Shown here: in pieces, positions 9,752 through 19,052 of the stretch
How the letters are laid out: every line of letters begins with the position of its first letter
How positions within the stretch are numbered: position 1 is the stretch's first letter
Origin: an uncultured Bacteroidota bacterium
Lineage (GTDB): Bacteria > Bacteroidota > Bacteroidia > Chitinophagales > LD1
Length of the DNA: 61,380 nt
Reading direction: 5' to 3'
NCBI GenBank assembly: GCA_903917755.1
Contig: CAIXBT010000221.1
Coordinates: 1 to 61,380, forward strand
Program-made: the position numbers and the translations under genes
Notes under the pieces: generated by a model
The model's database searches: none
Told to the model about the DNA's origin: nothing
Seen by the model: only the letters and a program-made list of their open reading frames with translations

Positions 9752-11200
9752 ATGAAAGGGAAAAAAGATTTTATTGCTTCCGGTGCGGTTTATACGATTC
9801 TTGGATTTCTGCCTACTGCCTCCCGCTTCTTTTTGTTTCCCCTTTTTCTGCATTATCTATATCCAGATGACTTTGCCTTGATAGGACTCAATACAATGGT
9901 AGCAGGCATTCTTGCTCCGTTCATGACCTTAGGTCTGGAGCAGGCCATGAATAAGTTCTATTTTGATTTTATCAAGTATCCCAAAATAGAAAAGACATTT
10001 CTCTCTACACTTATCATCAGCATATTCTGTTTTACTATTCTTTTGGGTGTCATATTTATTATAGTCGGACCCCATCTGTTTGCCATTTCGTTCAAGTCGC
10101 ATCGTTTCAGGTTTTTCCCTTTTGGATTCACAGCCCTCCTGACCGCTATGCCTGCAGGGCTATATTCACTATACCTGAACTATCTGAGATGCCGAAAGGA
10201 CCTGAAGAATTACATCATTCTGAATTTGGGTTTCTTCATTCTGTCTTCGCTCGGCGAGATCATCGGTATCGTATTTCTCAAAATGAGAGTAGAGCATCTG
10301 GTGTGGATCAAACCTGCTATCTCCTGGGCCTTTGTGATAGTCACCACCACCGCTATCCTCTGGAAGACCGGTATCCGTTTTGACAAAAGATTACTTCGCA
10401 TATCATTGAACTATAGTACGCCCCTATTGCCCCATCTTATCTTCAGTCTTGTGTTCGTCTATACAGACCGTATCATGATCGAGAATAATCTTAACCTGAC
10501 CTATCTCGCTATCTACAATCTAACAATGGCCATTAGCAGTATCATCGATATATTCGAGCAGGCACTGCGCAATGCCACCTTCCCTAATATTTTCAAACTG
10601 CTCAAAGAAAATGTTTATACCAATGTCGAAGCCGTGAGCCGCATCCATACCATCAACGGACTCATCCTGATGGGCATAGTAAGCGGTGTGGCGTTTATGA
10701 CTCCAGTCGGTGTATTTTACTTCCTCAAACCCGTATATCAGCCGCTGGCCTATCTGATACCATTCGCCCTGATCATATCAGTGATCAGGTTTTTTTATAT
10801 CGTTTATGCAGAACCGCTTTTCTTTTTCAAAAAGATCAAACACGTCTCGACCTCTACATTCCTGCAGGGGAGTTTCTCTATCCTTTTCAACTTCCTGCTG
10901 ATACCGAGGTTTGGGTTACCAGGCGCTATTCTGGCAAACATCATTTCAAAATTCATACAGGTTGTTTTTATCTATCTTGCCTCAGCCAGTATCAAGATAT
11001 TCAAATACAAAGTCCGCTTTATTCTGTCATCCAACTTTGTAATGATCGGCATCTTAGTTTGTGTAAGTTCCCTGTCCGGATACTTTTTGGTAAACAAACT
11101 ACTGGTCCATATGCTGGCATGCCTACCCCTTATTTTTACCTCGGGTATTCTGTATTATTACATTAGGAAAAACAAGGTCTCCTTTAAGCAATTATGGTAG
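9752..11200 (+). CDS. Polysaccharide flippase (Wzx / MOP superfamily-like)
   Basis: 482 aa and polytopic, with many hydrophobic helices. It heads a glycosyltransferase cluster and overlaps the next ORF by 7 bp. Confidence 0.6.
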   Translation: MKGKKDFIASGAVYTILGFLPTASRFFLFPLFLHYLYPDDFALIGLNTMVAGILAPFMTLGLEQAMNKFYFDFIKYPKIEKTFLSTLIISIFCFTILLGVIFIIVGPHLFAISFKSHRFRFFPFGFTALLTAMPAGLYSLYLNYLRCRKDLKNYIILNLGFFILSSLGEIIGIVFLKMRVEHLVWIKPAISWAFVIVTTTAILWKTGIRFDKRLLRISLNYSTPLLPHLIFSLVFVYTDRIMIENNLNLTYLAIYNLTMAISSIIDIFEQALRNATFPNIFKLLKENVYTNVEAVSRIHTINGLILMGIVSGVAFMTPVGVFYFLKPVYQPLAYLIPFALIISVIRFFYIVYAEPLFFFKKIKHVSTSTFLQGSFSILFNFLLIPRFGLPGAILANIISKFIQVVFIYLASASIKIFKYKVRFILSSNFVMIGILVCVSSLSGYFLVNKLLVHMLACLPLIFTSGILYYYIRKNKVSFKQLW

Positions 11201-12936
11201 AAATATTCATCACTGATAGTCGCGAGAGGTACGCTCAGAGCCAATACCCCGATAGAATATTATACCTGGATGGTTTCATCGGCGAATGTACTTTCATCAG
11301 CAAAGAAGACCTCGAAGATTTCAATGGCATACTGGTGGGTCTGGACGATGAAGCAAGTAGGCTCATGCTGATACAACTGGATGCCGACACCAAAACGATC
11401 ATTGATAACAAACTGAACTTCGGCGCCAATCGTTTCATATCGAGACTTCCTGCCGTCGAAAAGATACACAGCACCCTGTTTAATTTTCATAAGCATTTTG
11501 TTCTGTCCAAATACCTGTTTCAGATCGTGCTTGACAAATTCTTTGCTCGATTTTCCATAGCCCGGCTGCCACTCATCATAGAGATGTCAGAAGACTATTA
11601 CCTGACGCAGGAGCTGCCCTACGAGATCAAGACAGCATTATACTATCCGGCTTTTAAAAATGTGCATCCGAGATTTCTGGCCAAACAGGTTTTCTATTTT
11701 TTCCATCGCCTGTTTCGCAAGAGCTCCAAGATCAAAAAAACACAGATCGCCATTGTTCTCTATGATATTCACAATGAATTTGACCTCTTCAAGAGATTCA
11801 TGGAGCTGGCAAAAAAAGAAAACAAAGTAGCCATCACCATCATAGTGGTAGATAGCGGAAACCCGATGGATAAGAAGGTGGATACCAAGATGTATGAAGG
11901 CGGAAATGTGAAGGTCGTATATCTCTATGATCAGAAAGCCAACCTTCTCAGCAACTATAATGATTTTTATGCTGTATGCCGGAAGCTCAATCCACTATAT
12001 AGCATTTTCAAAAAGTCTCGTCTGTCTGAACTGGAAGATATCCAATACGGCTTCACGAATAATGTACTCTCGAAATTGATGCCCAATGTGTGCCTATATG
12101 TGAATATACAGGAGTTCGGCCGTGTGGTCGCAAACGTCTGTGCTAATTACAACATTCCTTCTATCTGTGTGGAATATGCATTTGCATTTGATACATTCTA
12201 CATGGAGAAAAGGATACGCTTCGATGTGCGGGCATGTATGAGTGAAGTGACCGCTCAAAACTGGGTGAAGCACAATGATCCTACACCACGTCGTGAGATA
12301 ATCGGTTTCTGCAAGATAGATGACTGGAGTGATAAACTGATAGCCAGACAGCAGTCTACTGATAAGAGACCATTTGACAATAACAATCGCACTATTTTAT
12401 TTGCGAGCACTTGGGCACCAAATCCCAACTCACCACTGCTGACAGAAAAGGTAAAGATCGTGGAACAACTCTCTGATGTATGCCATCGAAACGGCTGGAA
12501 CCTGATCATAAAGAAACATCCATCCGAATTTGATAAGATGGTGGATACCGTTTTTGAGAAGAATAAATACCCCGGTCAGAGGATTTATGAACACAGAGAA
12601 ATGAACCTATTTGACTGCGTATATTATTCGGATTTTGTTTGCACGCAAAACTCTTCTGCCTTCGTCGAGGCATTGTATCTCAACAAACCATTCTCTTATA
12701 TCACAGCGAATGGGGAGAACCTTTGGGCGAATATGTCGTACTTCTCCAGAGAAAAAGAAGTTGGAACCTTTGGGTCGGTGGCCGAATACGAGCAATATCT
12801 CCTGGCTAATGCAGGCGAAGAAGCTTATAAAAAATTGCTGGCCGAGTTTATGAAATTGCAAACTAAATTTCTGTACAAAACGGACGGAAAAGCATCAGAA
12901 CGACTATTCGCACTCGCAGAATCTTTTGTAAAATAA
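11194..12936 (+). CDS. Hypothetical polysaccharide biosynthesis protein, C-terminal TagB/TagF-like (CDP-glycerol glycerophosphotransferase-type) region
   Basis: 580 aa. The C-terminal motifs ILFASTWAPN ... IIKKHPSE ... VCTQNSSAFVEALYLNKPF resemble the ILYAPTxR / KxHP / ITDYSS pattern of the Glyphos_transf family. The N-terminal half is unrecognised. Confidence 0.4.
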   Translation: MVEIFITDSRERYAQSQYPDRILYLDGFIGECTFISKEDLEDFNGILVGLDDEASRLMLIQLDADTKTIIDNKLNFGANRFISRLPAVEKIHSTLFNFHKHFVLSKYLFQIVLDKFFARFSIARLPLIIEMSEDYYLTQELPYEIKTALYYPAFKNVHPRFLAKQVFYFFHRLFRKSSKIKKTQIAIVLYDIHNEFDLFKRFMELAKKENKVAITIIVVDSGNPMDKKVDTKMYEGGNVKVVYLYDQKANLLSNYNDFYAVCRKLNPLYSIFKKSRLSELEDIQYGFTNNVLSKLMPNVCLYVNIQEFGRVVANVCANYNIPSICVEYAFAFDTFYMEKRIRFDVRACMSEVTAQNWVKHNDPTPRREIIGFCKIDDWSDKLIARQQSTDKRPFDNNNRTILFASTWAPNPNSPLLTEKVKIVEQLSDVCHRNGWNLIIKKHPSEFDKMVDTVFEKNKYPGQRIYEHREMNLFDCVYYSDFVCTQNSSAFVEALYLNKPFSYITANGENLWANMSYFSREKEVGTFGSVAEYEQYLLANAGEEAYKKLLAEFMKLQTKFLYKTDGKASERLFALAESFVK

Positions 12937-12961
12937 AAATGAATTATTAAGACAAGCTGAC

Positions 12962-13879
12962 ATGGATATCTCAATTATCATTCCGACCTACAACAGGAAT
13001 AATATCTTATACAGACATTTGGCCATAGCCTTTAGCGAATTGCAGGGCATGGACTGTGAGCTCATCGTGATCAATGATTCAAAAACCAATAAAGTAGAGC
13101 TCCAACCGGAATGGCAAAGCAAAATAACGCTGTACAATAATCCCAAACAGGGTGTGGCATCGGCCAGAAACTATGGAGCATCTCTGGCCAAATCCGACAA
13201 TCTGCTTTTTATGGATGATGATATGATCATCAATGACAAAGCTGTGCTGCGGGCCATCGATTTTCTAAAAGAACATAAAGGAGAGTGTCTCAATATTGAT
13301 TGGGTGTACCCTCCCGATCTGACAACGAGGCTCGACAGCTATCAGTTCGGCAGATATCTGGAGTATTTTGGCTTCACTACACTCAGAGGCTGGCTGGGGC
13401 CTGATTTTCCATGGAAAGATAACAGCCTCATTCCTGCCAAGGGTGCTGCCAGTTATTTTCTCGCTATCTCAAGATCGGATTTTGAAAAAAGCGGCAAGTA
13501 CGATGAGAATTTCCCTTTTGCGGGTTTCGAAGATCATGATTTTGCTACCCGTCTGGACCGAAAAGGTATCAAAGCCCTGCTCGACACAGGTGTGCTGGTC
13601 TGGCACAACGAAGAAGACCGTGTGCAACTGGATGGATGGATGCAGCGTAAATACAGAGGTGGTCAGACACGCCGCGTAGCAGTACAGATGGGGCACGATG
13701 ACCTGGAGTTGAATTTCAATAATCTGAAAGGAAAACTATATTTTATCATCAGTAAGACCGAATTTCTTTTCAACTTAGCATTGAAGTTGATACCCAACAA
13801 GAAAATGTTTGATCCCTTATACTTCAAGATCGTTAATATATTATTAGGTACAAATCTGTATAAGGGATACACCAAATAG
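12962..13879 (+). CDS. Glycosyltransferase family 2
   Basis: ISIIIPTYNR N-terminus, INDSK, and FMDDDM (DxD) motif. Confidence 0.8.
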   Translation: MDISIIIPTYNRNNILYRHLAIAFSELQGMDCELIVINDSKTNKVELQPEWQSKITLYNNPKQGVASARNYGASLAKSDNLLFMDDDMIINDKAVLRAIDFLKEHKGECLNIDWVYPPDLTTRLDSYQFGRYLEYFGFTTLRGWLGPDFPWKDNSLIPAKGAASYFLAISRSDFEKSGKYDENFPFAGFEDHDFATRLDRKGIKALLDTGVLVWHNEEDRVQLDGWMQRKYRGGQTRRVAVQMGHDDLELNFNNLKGKLYFIISKTEFLFNLALKLIPNKKMFDPLYFKIVNILLGTNLYKGYTK

Positions 13880-13893
13880 TTACGTCTCTCACT

Positions 13894-15000
13894 ATGATCA
13901 AAGTTGTTTACATAGTATCTGATATCAATAAGGCTGTGTTTTTCGAGCACACCGCTCTTAGATTGCGGGACGCAGGCATTGATATCAGTTTTATACTCAT
14001 CAACAGCAGTCAGGGAGCACTGAGCACATTCCTTCAGGCCAATGATTTCCGGTTTCATTTTCTGGAAGTACAGAAACTATCGCATTCATGGAAACAAATA
14101 ATAGATTGCACAAAGATCCTGAAAACAGAAAAACCTGATGTCATACATTGTCATCTGGGCACAGCGAATTTCGTGGGCCTGGTATCGGCATATCTCGCCG
14201 GTATAAAGATCAGAATATACACCCGACATGCGGGACTTCCATTGGCTTATTCCAGGAAGGAACGTTTGATAGACAATATCCAGAACCGTCTGGCCACAAG
14301 GATCGTAGCCATCACTCAAAACACTAAAGACCTACTGATGGAGCAAGGTGTGGCGGAGAGCAAAATAAAGATCGTTCATCATGGTTTTGATATCGACAGA
14401 ATGATGAGGCCGGACCCAAGTGAGATAAGAAGGATCAAACAGGAGTATAATCCTGAGAATAAATATCCTGTAGTGGGTGTGATAGCCCGCTGGATGAAAT
14501 GGAAAGGAATACACTATATCATTCCTGCTTTTGAAAAACTGCTAAAGGAATATCCGAACGCAAAGCTCTGTCTGTTCAACGCCAGTGATGATGCTGACTA
14601 TAGCCGCGAGATCAGAGAAATGCTGAACACACTTCCTGCCGGATCATATCAGATCGTTGCATTTGAAAAAAAAATTTACGACCTCTATCATCTGTTTGAT
14701 ATCTATGTGCACGTACCTGTCAATCCCTATTGTGAGGCATTCGGTCAGACATATGTTGAAGCGCTGGCAGCAGGCATACCTTCTGTTTTTACACTGTCGG
14801 GTATAGCCAGAGAGTTTATCACCGAAGAGAATGCCTACATCGTAGATTTTAAAAATAGTGATGATATCTATACTAAAATGATGGCCATCATCGCCAAGCA
14901 AAAAGACCCTGATAAACTATTCAAAAACGGACAGGAAGTAGTGTTGAAAAAATTCACTCTGGAGCGCTATATCTCAAATCTGCTATCAATATACAAGTAG
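13894..15000 (+). CDS. Glycosyltransferase family 4 (GT-B, Glycos_transf_1)
   Basis: 368 aa. The C-terminal EAFGQTYVEALAAGIPSV motif is typical of GT4 retaining transferases. Confidence 0.8.
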   Translation: MIKVVYIVSDINKAVFFEHTALRLRDAGIDISFILINSSQGALSTFLQANDFRFHFLEVQKLSHSWKQIIDCTKILKTEKPDVIHCHLGTANFVGLVSAYLAGIKIRIYTRHAGLPLAYSRKERLIDNIQNRLATRIVAITQNTKDLLMEQGVAESKIKIVHHGFDIDRMMRPDPSEIRRIKQEYNPENKYPVVGVIARWMKWKGIHYIIPAFEKLLKEYPNAKLCLFNASDDADYSREIREMLNTLPAGSYQIVAFEKKIYDLYHLFDIYVHVPVNPYCEAFGQTYVEALAAGIPSVFTLSGIAREFITEENAYIVDFKNSDDIYTKMMAIIAKQKDPDKLFKNGQEVVLKKFTLERYISNLLSIYK

Positions 15001-15005
15001 CATTT

Positions 15006-15500
15006 CTATTCAATCAGCTTCCTGATCTTATTTATCACAATTGCACTTTCCCATTCATCAGGATTGACTCTGCTATATACTTTTTGCCCTTGAGCATTGA
15101 AGATATAATTGGTCGGATAGGTATAAATGCCTATGTCATGAAAACTTTTCTCCGAATGAAGGATGATGAGGTTGTCACCGAAATGTTCCTGTATTGCCTG
15201 TAGTTTTTCGATCGGTTCATCGCAGATACACACCATCTGCAAATGCTGATCCGCGAGTTTAGCTTTAAGGTCAGCGAGCTCCGGCAGCTCTCTGATACAG
15301 GGGCCACACCAAGTAGCAAAGAAATCCAGAAACAGTGGATGTCCTGCATATGATTGCAGAGATACTTTGTGACCCTGCAGATCTGTCAGCTCCATGACTG
15401 GCAGCTCTATTGATGGCGGTATATTGTATCTTTTATAAAAAAAAGCGCCGATGATCATCGCGGCAATAAGGACGATGACCTTGAGTCGATTCTCTTTCAT
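15006..15500 (-). CDS. TlpA/ResA-like thiol:disulfide oxidoreductase (thioredoxin fold)
   Basis: 164 aa with an N-terminal membrane anchor and a WCGPC active site. It overlaps the ppa stop by 4 bp. Confidence 0.8.
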   Translation of the reverse strand: MKENRLKVIVLIAAMIIGAFFYKRYNIPPSIELPVMELTDLQGHKVSLQSYAGHPLFLDFFATWCGPCIRELPELADLKAKLADQHLQMVCICDEPIEKLQAIQEHFGDNLIILHSEKSFHDIGIYTYPTNYIFNAQGQKVYSRVNPDEWESAIVINKIRKLIE

Positions 15501-16120
15501 GAAATTAGAAACTTGTTTTGGTAGTCTTTCTGGCTACGGCGAATGACCTCATAGGCTTCTTCTTTGCCATAAATCGCATCGATCTGCACTCGGTTCTCAC
15601 TATCGTTTGGTCCTTTCTTATAAGTGAGAAAATAGTGCTTCAATCTCATTAATATGGCCTCATTCACATCGGTGATATCATGCCATGCACCGTAGACCTC
15701 ATCGCCTTTCATGATGGCTACGATCTTGTCATCAGCCTGATTTTGATCGATCATCCGAAAACCACCAATAGGTATAGCCTGTACCAGTATTCCTCCGCGC
15801 GCTATGATCTTCTCCGTCAGAACTATGATATCCAGCGGGTCCTGATCTCCTATGATACCGCTACGACCGGTTTTTTCCATACAGAAATTTCCCACTTCTA
15901 TATCGCAGAGTGTCTGAGGCACGAACCCATAGAGCGCCGGAAAGATATTAGAATACTGCTGGGGTCTGTCCACTTTGAGCAGGCCCGATTCCTTATCCAC
16001 TTCATACTTGATAGTATCTGTAGGCACTATCTCGATAAAGGCCGTACAAACAGCAGGCGCCTTTTCACCTATTTCCACACCATGCCAGGGATGCAATTGA
16101 TATTTAAGATTTGGGTCCAT
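15497..16120 (-). CDS. ppa: Inorganic pyrophosphatase (family I)
   Basis: 207 aa with IEIVPTDTIKYEVDKESGLLKVDR, DQDPLDIIVL and DDKIVA motifs. Confidence 0.85.
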   Translation of the reverse strand: MDPNLKYQLHPWHGVEIGEKAPAVCTAFIEIVPTDTIKYEVDKESGLLKVDRPQQYSNIFPALYGFVPQTLCDIEVGNFCMEKTGRSGIIGDQDPLDIIVLTEKIIARGGILVQAIPIGGFRMIDQNQADDKIVAIMKGDEVYGAWHDITDVNEAILMRLKHYFLTYKKGPNDSENRVQIDAIYGKEEAYEVIRRSQKDYQNKFLIS

Positions 16121-16149
16121 ATTTTATTTTAGTCATTACAAAACTTATG

Positions 16150-16992
16150 CTACCAGTCACCTCCTGCTCCGCCACCACCGAAATCTCCACCCCCAAAACC
16201 ACCGAAGCCGCCACTATCTCCGCCACCGAAATCTCCATCCCGACCACCGCCGAAACCACCACCCATCATGCCACCGAGCAGGAACCAAGGCAGTACGGAA
16301 CCGGTGCCATTATACGTTTGTCCACCACCACCGCCAAAGAAGATGATAAGAACAAAGATAATAACGATGACCAATGCGATCCATTTGGCATTATTTTGGG
16401 GCCTAGCTTCAGTTGTATCTTTACCTCTATCATCATTCACAAACTGCCCCGACAGGCTCGCCATCATTCTATCTGTAGCGGCATTGATACCTTCATAGTA
16501 ATGGCCGGCTTTGAAACGTGGTTTGATGATGTGCTCTATGATACCTTTCACCGTTATATCCGGCAGACTGGCCTCTACACCACGCCCGGTGGCAATGAAA
16601 ATTTTGTGGTCGGTTTTTGAAATTAGGAGTATCACTCCATTATCTTTTCCTTTGATACCTATCCCCCACTTAGTAGCAAGCTCAGTAGCGTATTGGGCTA
16701 TCTCAGCCCCCTGCAGCGAGCTGATGATCACCACTGCTATCTGAGTAGAGGTCGAGTCGCTGTATGCCACGAGTTTATGCTCCAGTGCATGGCTCTCGTT
16801 GTAGGTCAGCATGCCTACCATATCATTGACCAGACGTGGCGGATCGGGACGCGGCGGCAGATTGATGTCCTGTGCGGATATGGATATCGAGAATAGGAAA
16901 CAGAGAACAACGAACAAATAAAATATTTGCTTAGAAAATGGATTGCCATTCACTCTCGCACCCTTCCTATTATTATCCCTCACTGATCTCAT
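16150..16992 (-). CDS. TPM-domain protein (YgcG-like) with a TM segment and Gly-rich tail
   Basis: 280 aa. Signal/TM, then a TPM-like core (LTYNESHALEHKLVAYSDSTSTQIAVVII), a TM helix and a GGGFGGG-rich C-terminus. Confidence 0.7.
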   Translation of the reverse strand: MRSVRDNNRKGARVNGNPFSKQIFYLFVVLCFLFSISISAQDINLPPRPDPPRLVNDMVGMLTYNESHALEHKLVAYSDSTSTQIAVVIISSLQGAEIAQYATELATKWGIGIKGKDNGVILLISKTDHKIFIATGRGVEASLPDITVKGIIEHIIKPRFKAGHYYEGINAATDRMMASLSGQFVNDDRGKDTTEARPQNNAKWIALVIVIIFVLIIFFGGGGGQTYNGTGSVLPWFLLGGMMGGGFGGGRDGDFGGGDSGGFGGFGGGDFGGGGAGGDW

Positions 16993-17410
16993 TGCTTAGT
17001 TCATTTATATCGCCTGCCTCGTGAGAAAAATATTTTGCCAGATGTACTGCTGATTCTTTAATACCATGTATCACGCCAGCCTGAAACTGTCCCTTCTTGA
17101 AATACGCTGACATTTCTTCCTTCGTCGTATCCCAAAAATCCGGAGGAACCACATCATTGATACCCTTGTCGCCTATGATCGCAAAACGCTTGTCATCATA
17201 TGCCAGATATATCAGCACTCCGTTCCGCTTTTGAGTCTTGTGCATTTCCAACTTGTTGAATACATCTGCGGCACGCGCTAGAACATTGCCTTTGCATCGC
17301 GGCTCTATATGTACACGGATCTCTCCCGAGGTCTGCATTTCTGCAGCGGCTATGGCTGCTACGATCTGTTTTTTTTCAGACGAATTGAAAAGGTGTTTTC
17401 GGAAGAGCAC
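16973..17410 (-). CDS. TPM-domain protein (TLP18.3/Psb32/MOLO-1 phosphatase-like)
   Basis: 145 aa. FSSEKKQIVAAIAAAEMQTSGEIRVHIE is the typical small TPM partner of LemA operons. Confidence 0.7.
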   Translation of the reverse strand: MLFRKHLFNSSEKKQIVAAIAAAEMQTSGEIRVHIEPRCKGNVLARAADVFNKLEMHKTQKRNGVLIYLAYDDKRFAIIGDKGINDVVPPDFWDTTKEEMSAYFKKGQFQAGVIHGIKESAVHLAKYFSHEAGDINELSNEISEG

Positions 17411-17421
17411 TGTTTTTTTAA

Positions 17422-18000
17422 TTAAAATTTGACGGTAGGGGCTTTGTCACTTCCCGATGAAGCTTCAAAATAACCCTTAGGCTGAAAACCAAACATCTTT
17501 GCGGTGATCAGCGCCGGAAATTGTTGTATAAAAGCATTGTAGTCATTGACGGCCGCATTGTAACGGTTGCGCTCTGTATTGATCCTGTTTTCAGTTCCCT
17601 CCAGCTGTGCCATCAGCCCGATGAAAGCTTCATTGGTCTTGAGGTCGGGATACTTCTCGACAGATACCAGCAAGCGAGACAGAGAACCTGACAACTGCCC
17701 CTGAGCCTGCTCAAATTTTTTGATGTCATCCTGAGAGAGCCTACTGGGATCGAGCTTCACACTGGTAGCGCTGGCACGTGCCTGAGTCACATCGACCAGC
17801 GTTTGCTGCTCGAAACTGGCTTCCCCCTTCACGGTGTTCACAATATTAGGTATCAGATCCGAACGCCGCTGATAGGAAGATTCTACATTCGCCCATTGCT
17901 TTGAAACGGTTTCACGCTTTTCGACCATAGAGTTATAACTACATGAGGACAGAGAACTGGCTATCAGAAATAGGCCCAGAATTTTTACCAGATTTTTCAT
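17422..18000 (-). CDS. lemA: LemA family protein
   Basis: 192 aa, N-terminal anchor/lipoprotein-like with a Cys in SSLSSCSY. It carries WANVESSYQRRSDLIPNIV and the RNRYNAAVNDYN motifs characteristic of LemA. Confidence 0.85.
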   Translation of the reverse strand: MKNLVKILGLFLIASSLSSCSYNSMVEKRETVSKQWANVESSYQRRSDLIPNIVNTVKGEASFEQQTLVDVTQARASATSVKLDPSRLSQDDIKKFEQAQGQLSGSLSRLLVSVEKYPDLKTNEAFIGLMAQLEGTENRINTERNRYNAAVNDYNAFIQQFPALITAKMFGFQPKGYFEASSGSDKAPTVKF

Positions 18001-18179
18001 TGTGCTTTTGATTTTGATGTAAAATAACGAAATAAAGTTAATGTGATGCGCATTGATGATAAGCTCTTAACCGATTTTATATTATGAGAATATCTATAAC
18101 ATAAATATTGCCGAAGGATAATCGAATTTGTGTATTAGTTCATACTTTAGCTAAGACGTAAACACTAAAAACAAATTGT

Positions 18180-18524
18180 ATGTCAGAACTGATAAATGAC
18201 TTTAACGACTATCGAAGCCGAATGAATGAGGTGATCCTGGCCAAGGACAATCTGGTGCTCAAACGCTTCTGGAGCCTCGACAATCAGGCATATGCAGACG
18301 GTGCGCTGGATGCCAGGACCAAAGACCTGCTGGGTCTCGTGGCATCGATGGTGCTGCGATGTGATGATTGCATCAAATATCATCTGGGCAAAAGCCACGA
18401 ACTGGGTGCTACGACCGAGCAGATCTATGAGGTATTTTCGATAGCCAATCTGGTGGGCGGCTCTATCGTGATACCCCATACACGCAGGGCCGCAGAGTAC
18501 TGGGAAGAGCTGATCAAAAAATAG
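18180..18524 (+). CDS. Carboxymuconolactone decarboxylase (AhpD-like) family protein
   Basis: 114 aa with the CDDCIKYH (CxxC..H) motif typical of AhpD/CMD family proteins. Confidence 0.7.
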   Translation: MSELINDFNDYRSRMNEVILAKDNLVLKRFWSLDNQAYADGALDARTKDLLGLVASMVLRCDDCIKYHLGKSHELGATTEQIYEVFSIANLVGGSIVIPHTRRAAEYWEELIKK

Positions 18525-18546
18525 TTGTTTAAAAAAGAGAATTCTT

Positions 18547-18554
18547 TATATTTG
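18547..18554 (+). promoter_or_regulatory. Bacteroidota sigma-A type -7 box (TAnnTTTG) upstream of the tRNA
   Basis: TATATTTG at 18547-18554, 18 nt upstream of the tRNA 5' end, is an exact match to the TAnnTTTG consensus. Confidence 0.5.
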
Positions 18555-18572
18555 CACTCCCCAAAAGGGAAT

Positions 18573-18646
18573 GGTCCTATAGCTCAGCTGGTTAGAGCAT
18601 CTGACTCATAATCAGAGGGTCCCTGGTTCGAGCCCAGGTGGGACCA
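18573..18646 (+). tRNA. tRNA with CAU anticodon (elongator tRNA-Met type; lysidine-modified tRNA-Ile2 not excluded)
   Basis: Hand-folded cloverleaf. Acceptor GGTCCTA/TGGGACC, anticodon arm TCTGA-CTCATAA-TCAGA, variable GGGTC, T-arm CCTGG-TTCGAGC-CCAGG, discriminator A. The G1-C72 pair argues against an initiator. CCA is not encoded. Confidence 0.9.
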
Positions 18647-18654
18647 CCTTCAAA

Positions 18655-18694
18655 CCAACGAGTTACGCCAAAAACGTGATTCGTTGGTTTTTTT
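18655..18694 (+). terminator. Rho-independent terminator after the tRNA
   Basis: Stem CCAACGA (18655-18661) / TCGTTGG (18681-18687) followed by seven T (18688-18694). Confidence 0.6.
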
Positions 18695-18803
18695 ATTTGC
18701 AAACAATTTGCAAACATTCTTTTGAAAAAAGCATTCTTAAATCGAAAAGCTTTCAATTAGTGTAGACTTAGGGAAAACTTATAATCCAATACCTATTAAT
18801 TAT

Positions 18804-18834
18804 GGGGTCATTGGTTCGAACCCAAGAGGGGGGC
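18804..18834 (+). pseudogene. tRNA 3'-half remnant (variable region, T-arm, acceptor 3' strand), no matching 5' half
   Basis: GGGGTC-ATTGG-TTCGAAC-CCAAG-AGGGGGGC aligns position-for-position with the variable/T-arm/acceptor part of the intact tRNA 230 bp upstream, but the sequence differs. The upstream part retains only a 3-bp anticodon-stem vestige. Confidence 0.4.
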
Positions 18835-18843
18835 TTGATTATC

Positions 18844-18877
18844 AACGGGTTGTGACAATAAATCGCAACCCGTTTTT
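18844..18877 (+). terminator. Terminator-like hairpin following the tRNA remnant
   Basis: AACGGGTTG (18844-18852) / CAACCCGTT (18866-18874) followed by a short T-run. The layout matches the hairpin after the intact tRNA. Confidence 0.35.
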
Positions 18878-19052
18878 GTTTCTCGCAAGTATTTCGCAAG
18901 TAAAAAATTTCCCACTAAGCTTACTCAATTACACCTTTTTATTTCCAGTCTGTTTGTCTTTCTTCTCCATTTTGATGGGATTTTAATTGATTAAATAATT
19001 AATAATTCCCACCTTAAATTTATCTACTTTTAGTCCACTTTATGCTGACGAT

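Noticed and set aside
16150-16330. GC-rich repetitive DNA (GGTGG/CCACC runs) as a non-coding repeat or mobile element
   Set aside because: It is the coding sequence for the Gly-rich C-terminal tail (GGGFGGGRDGDFGGGDSGGFGG...) typical of YgcG-type TPM proteins.
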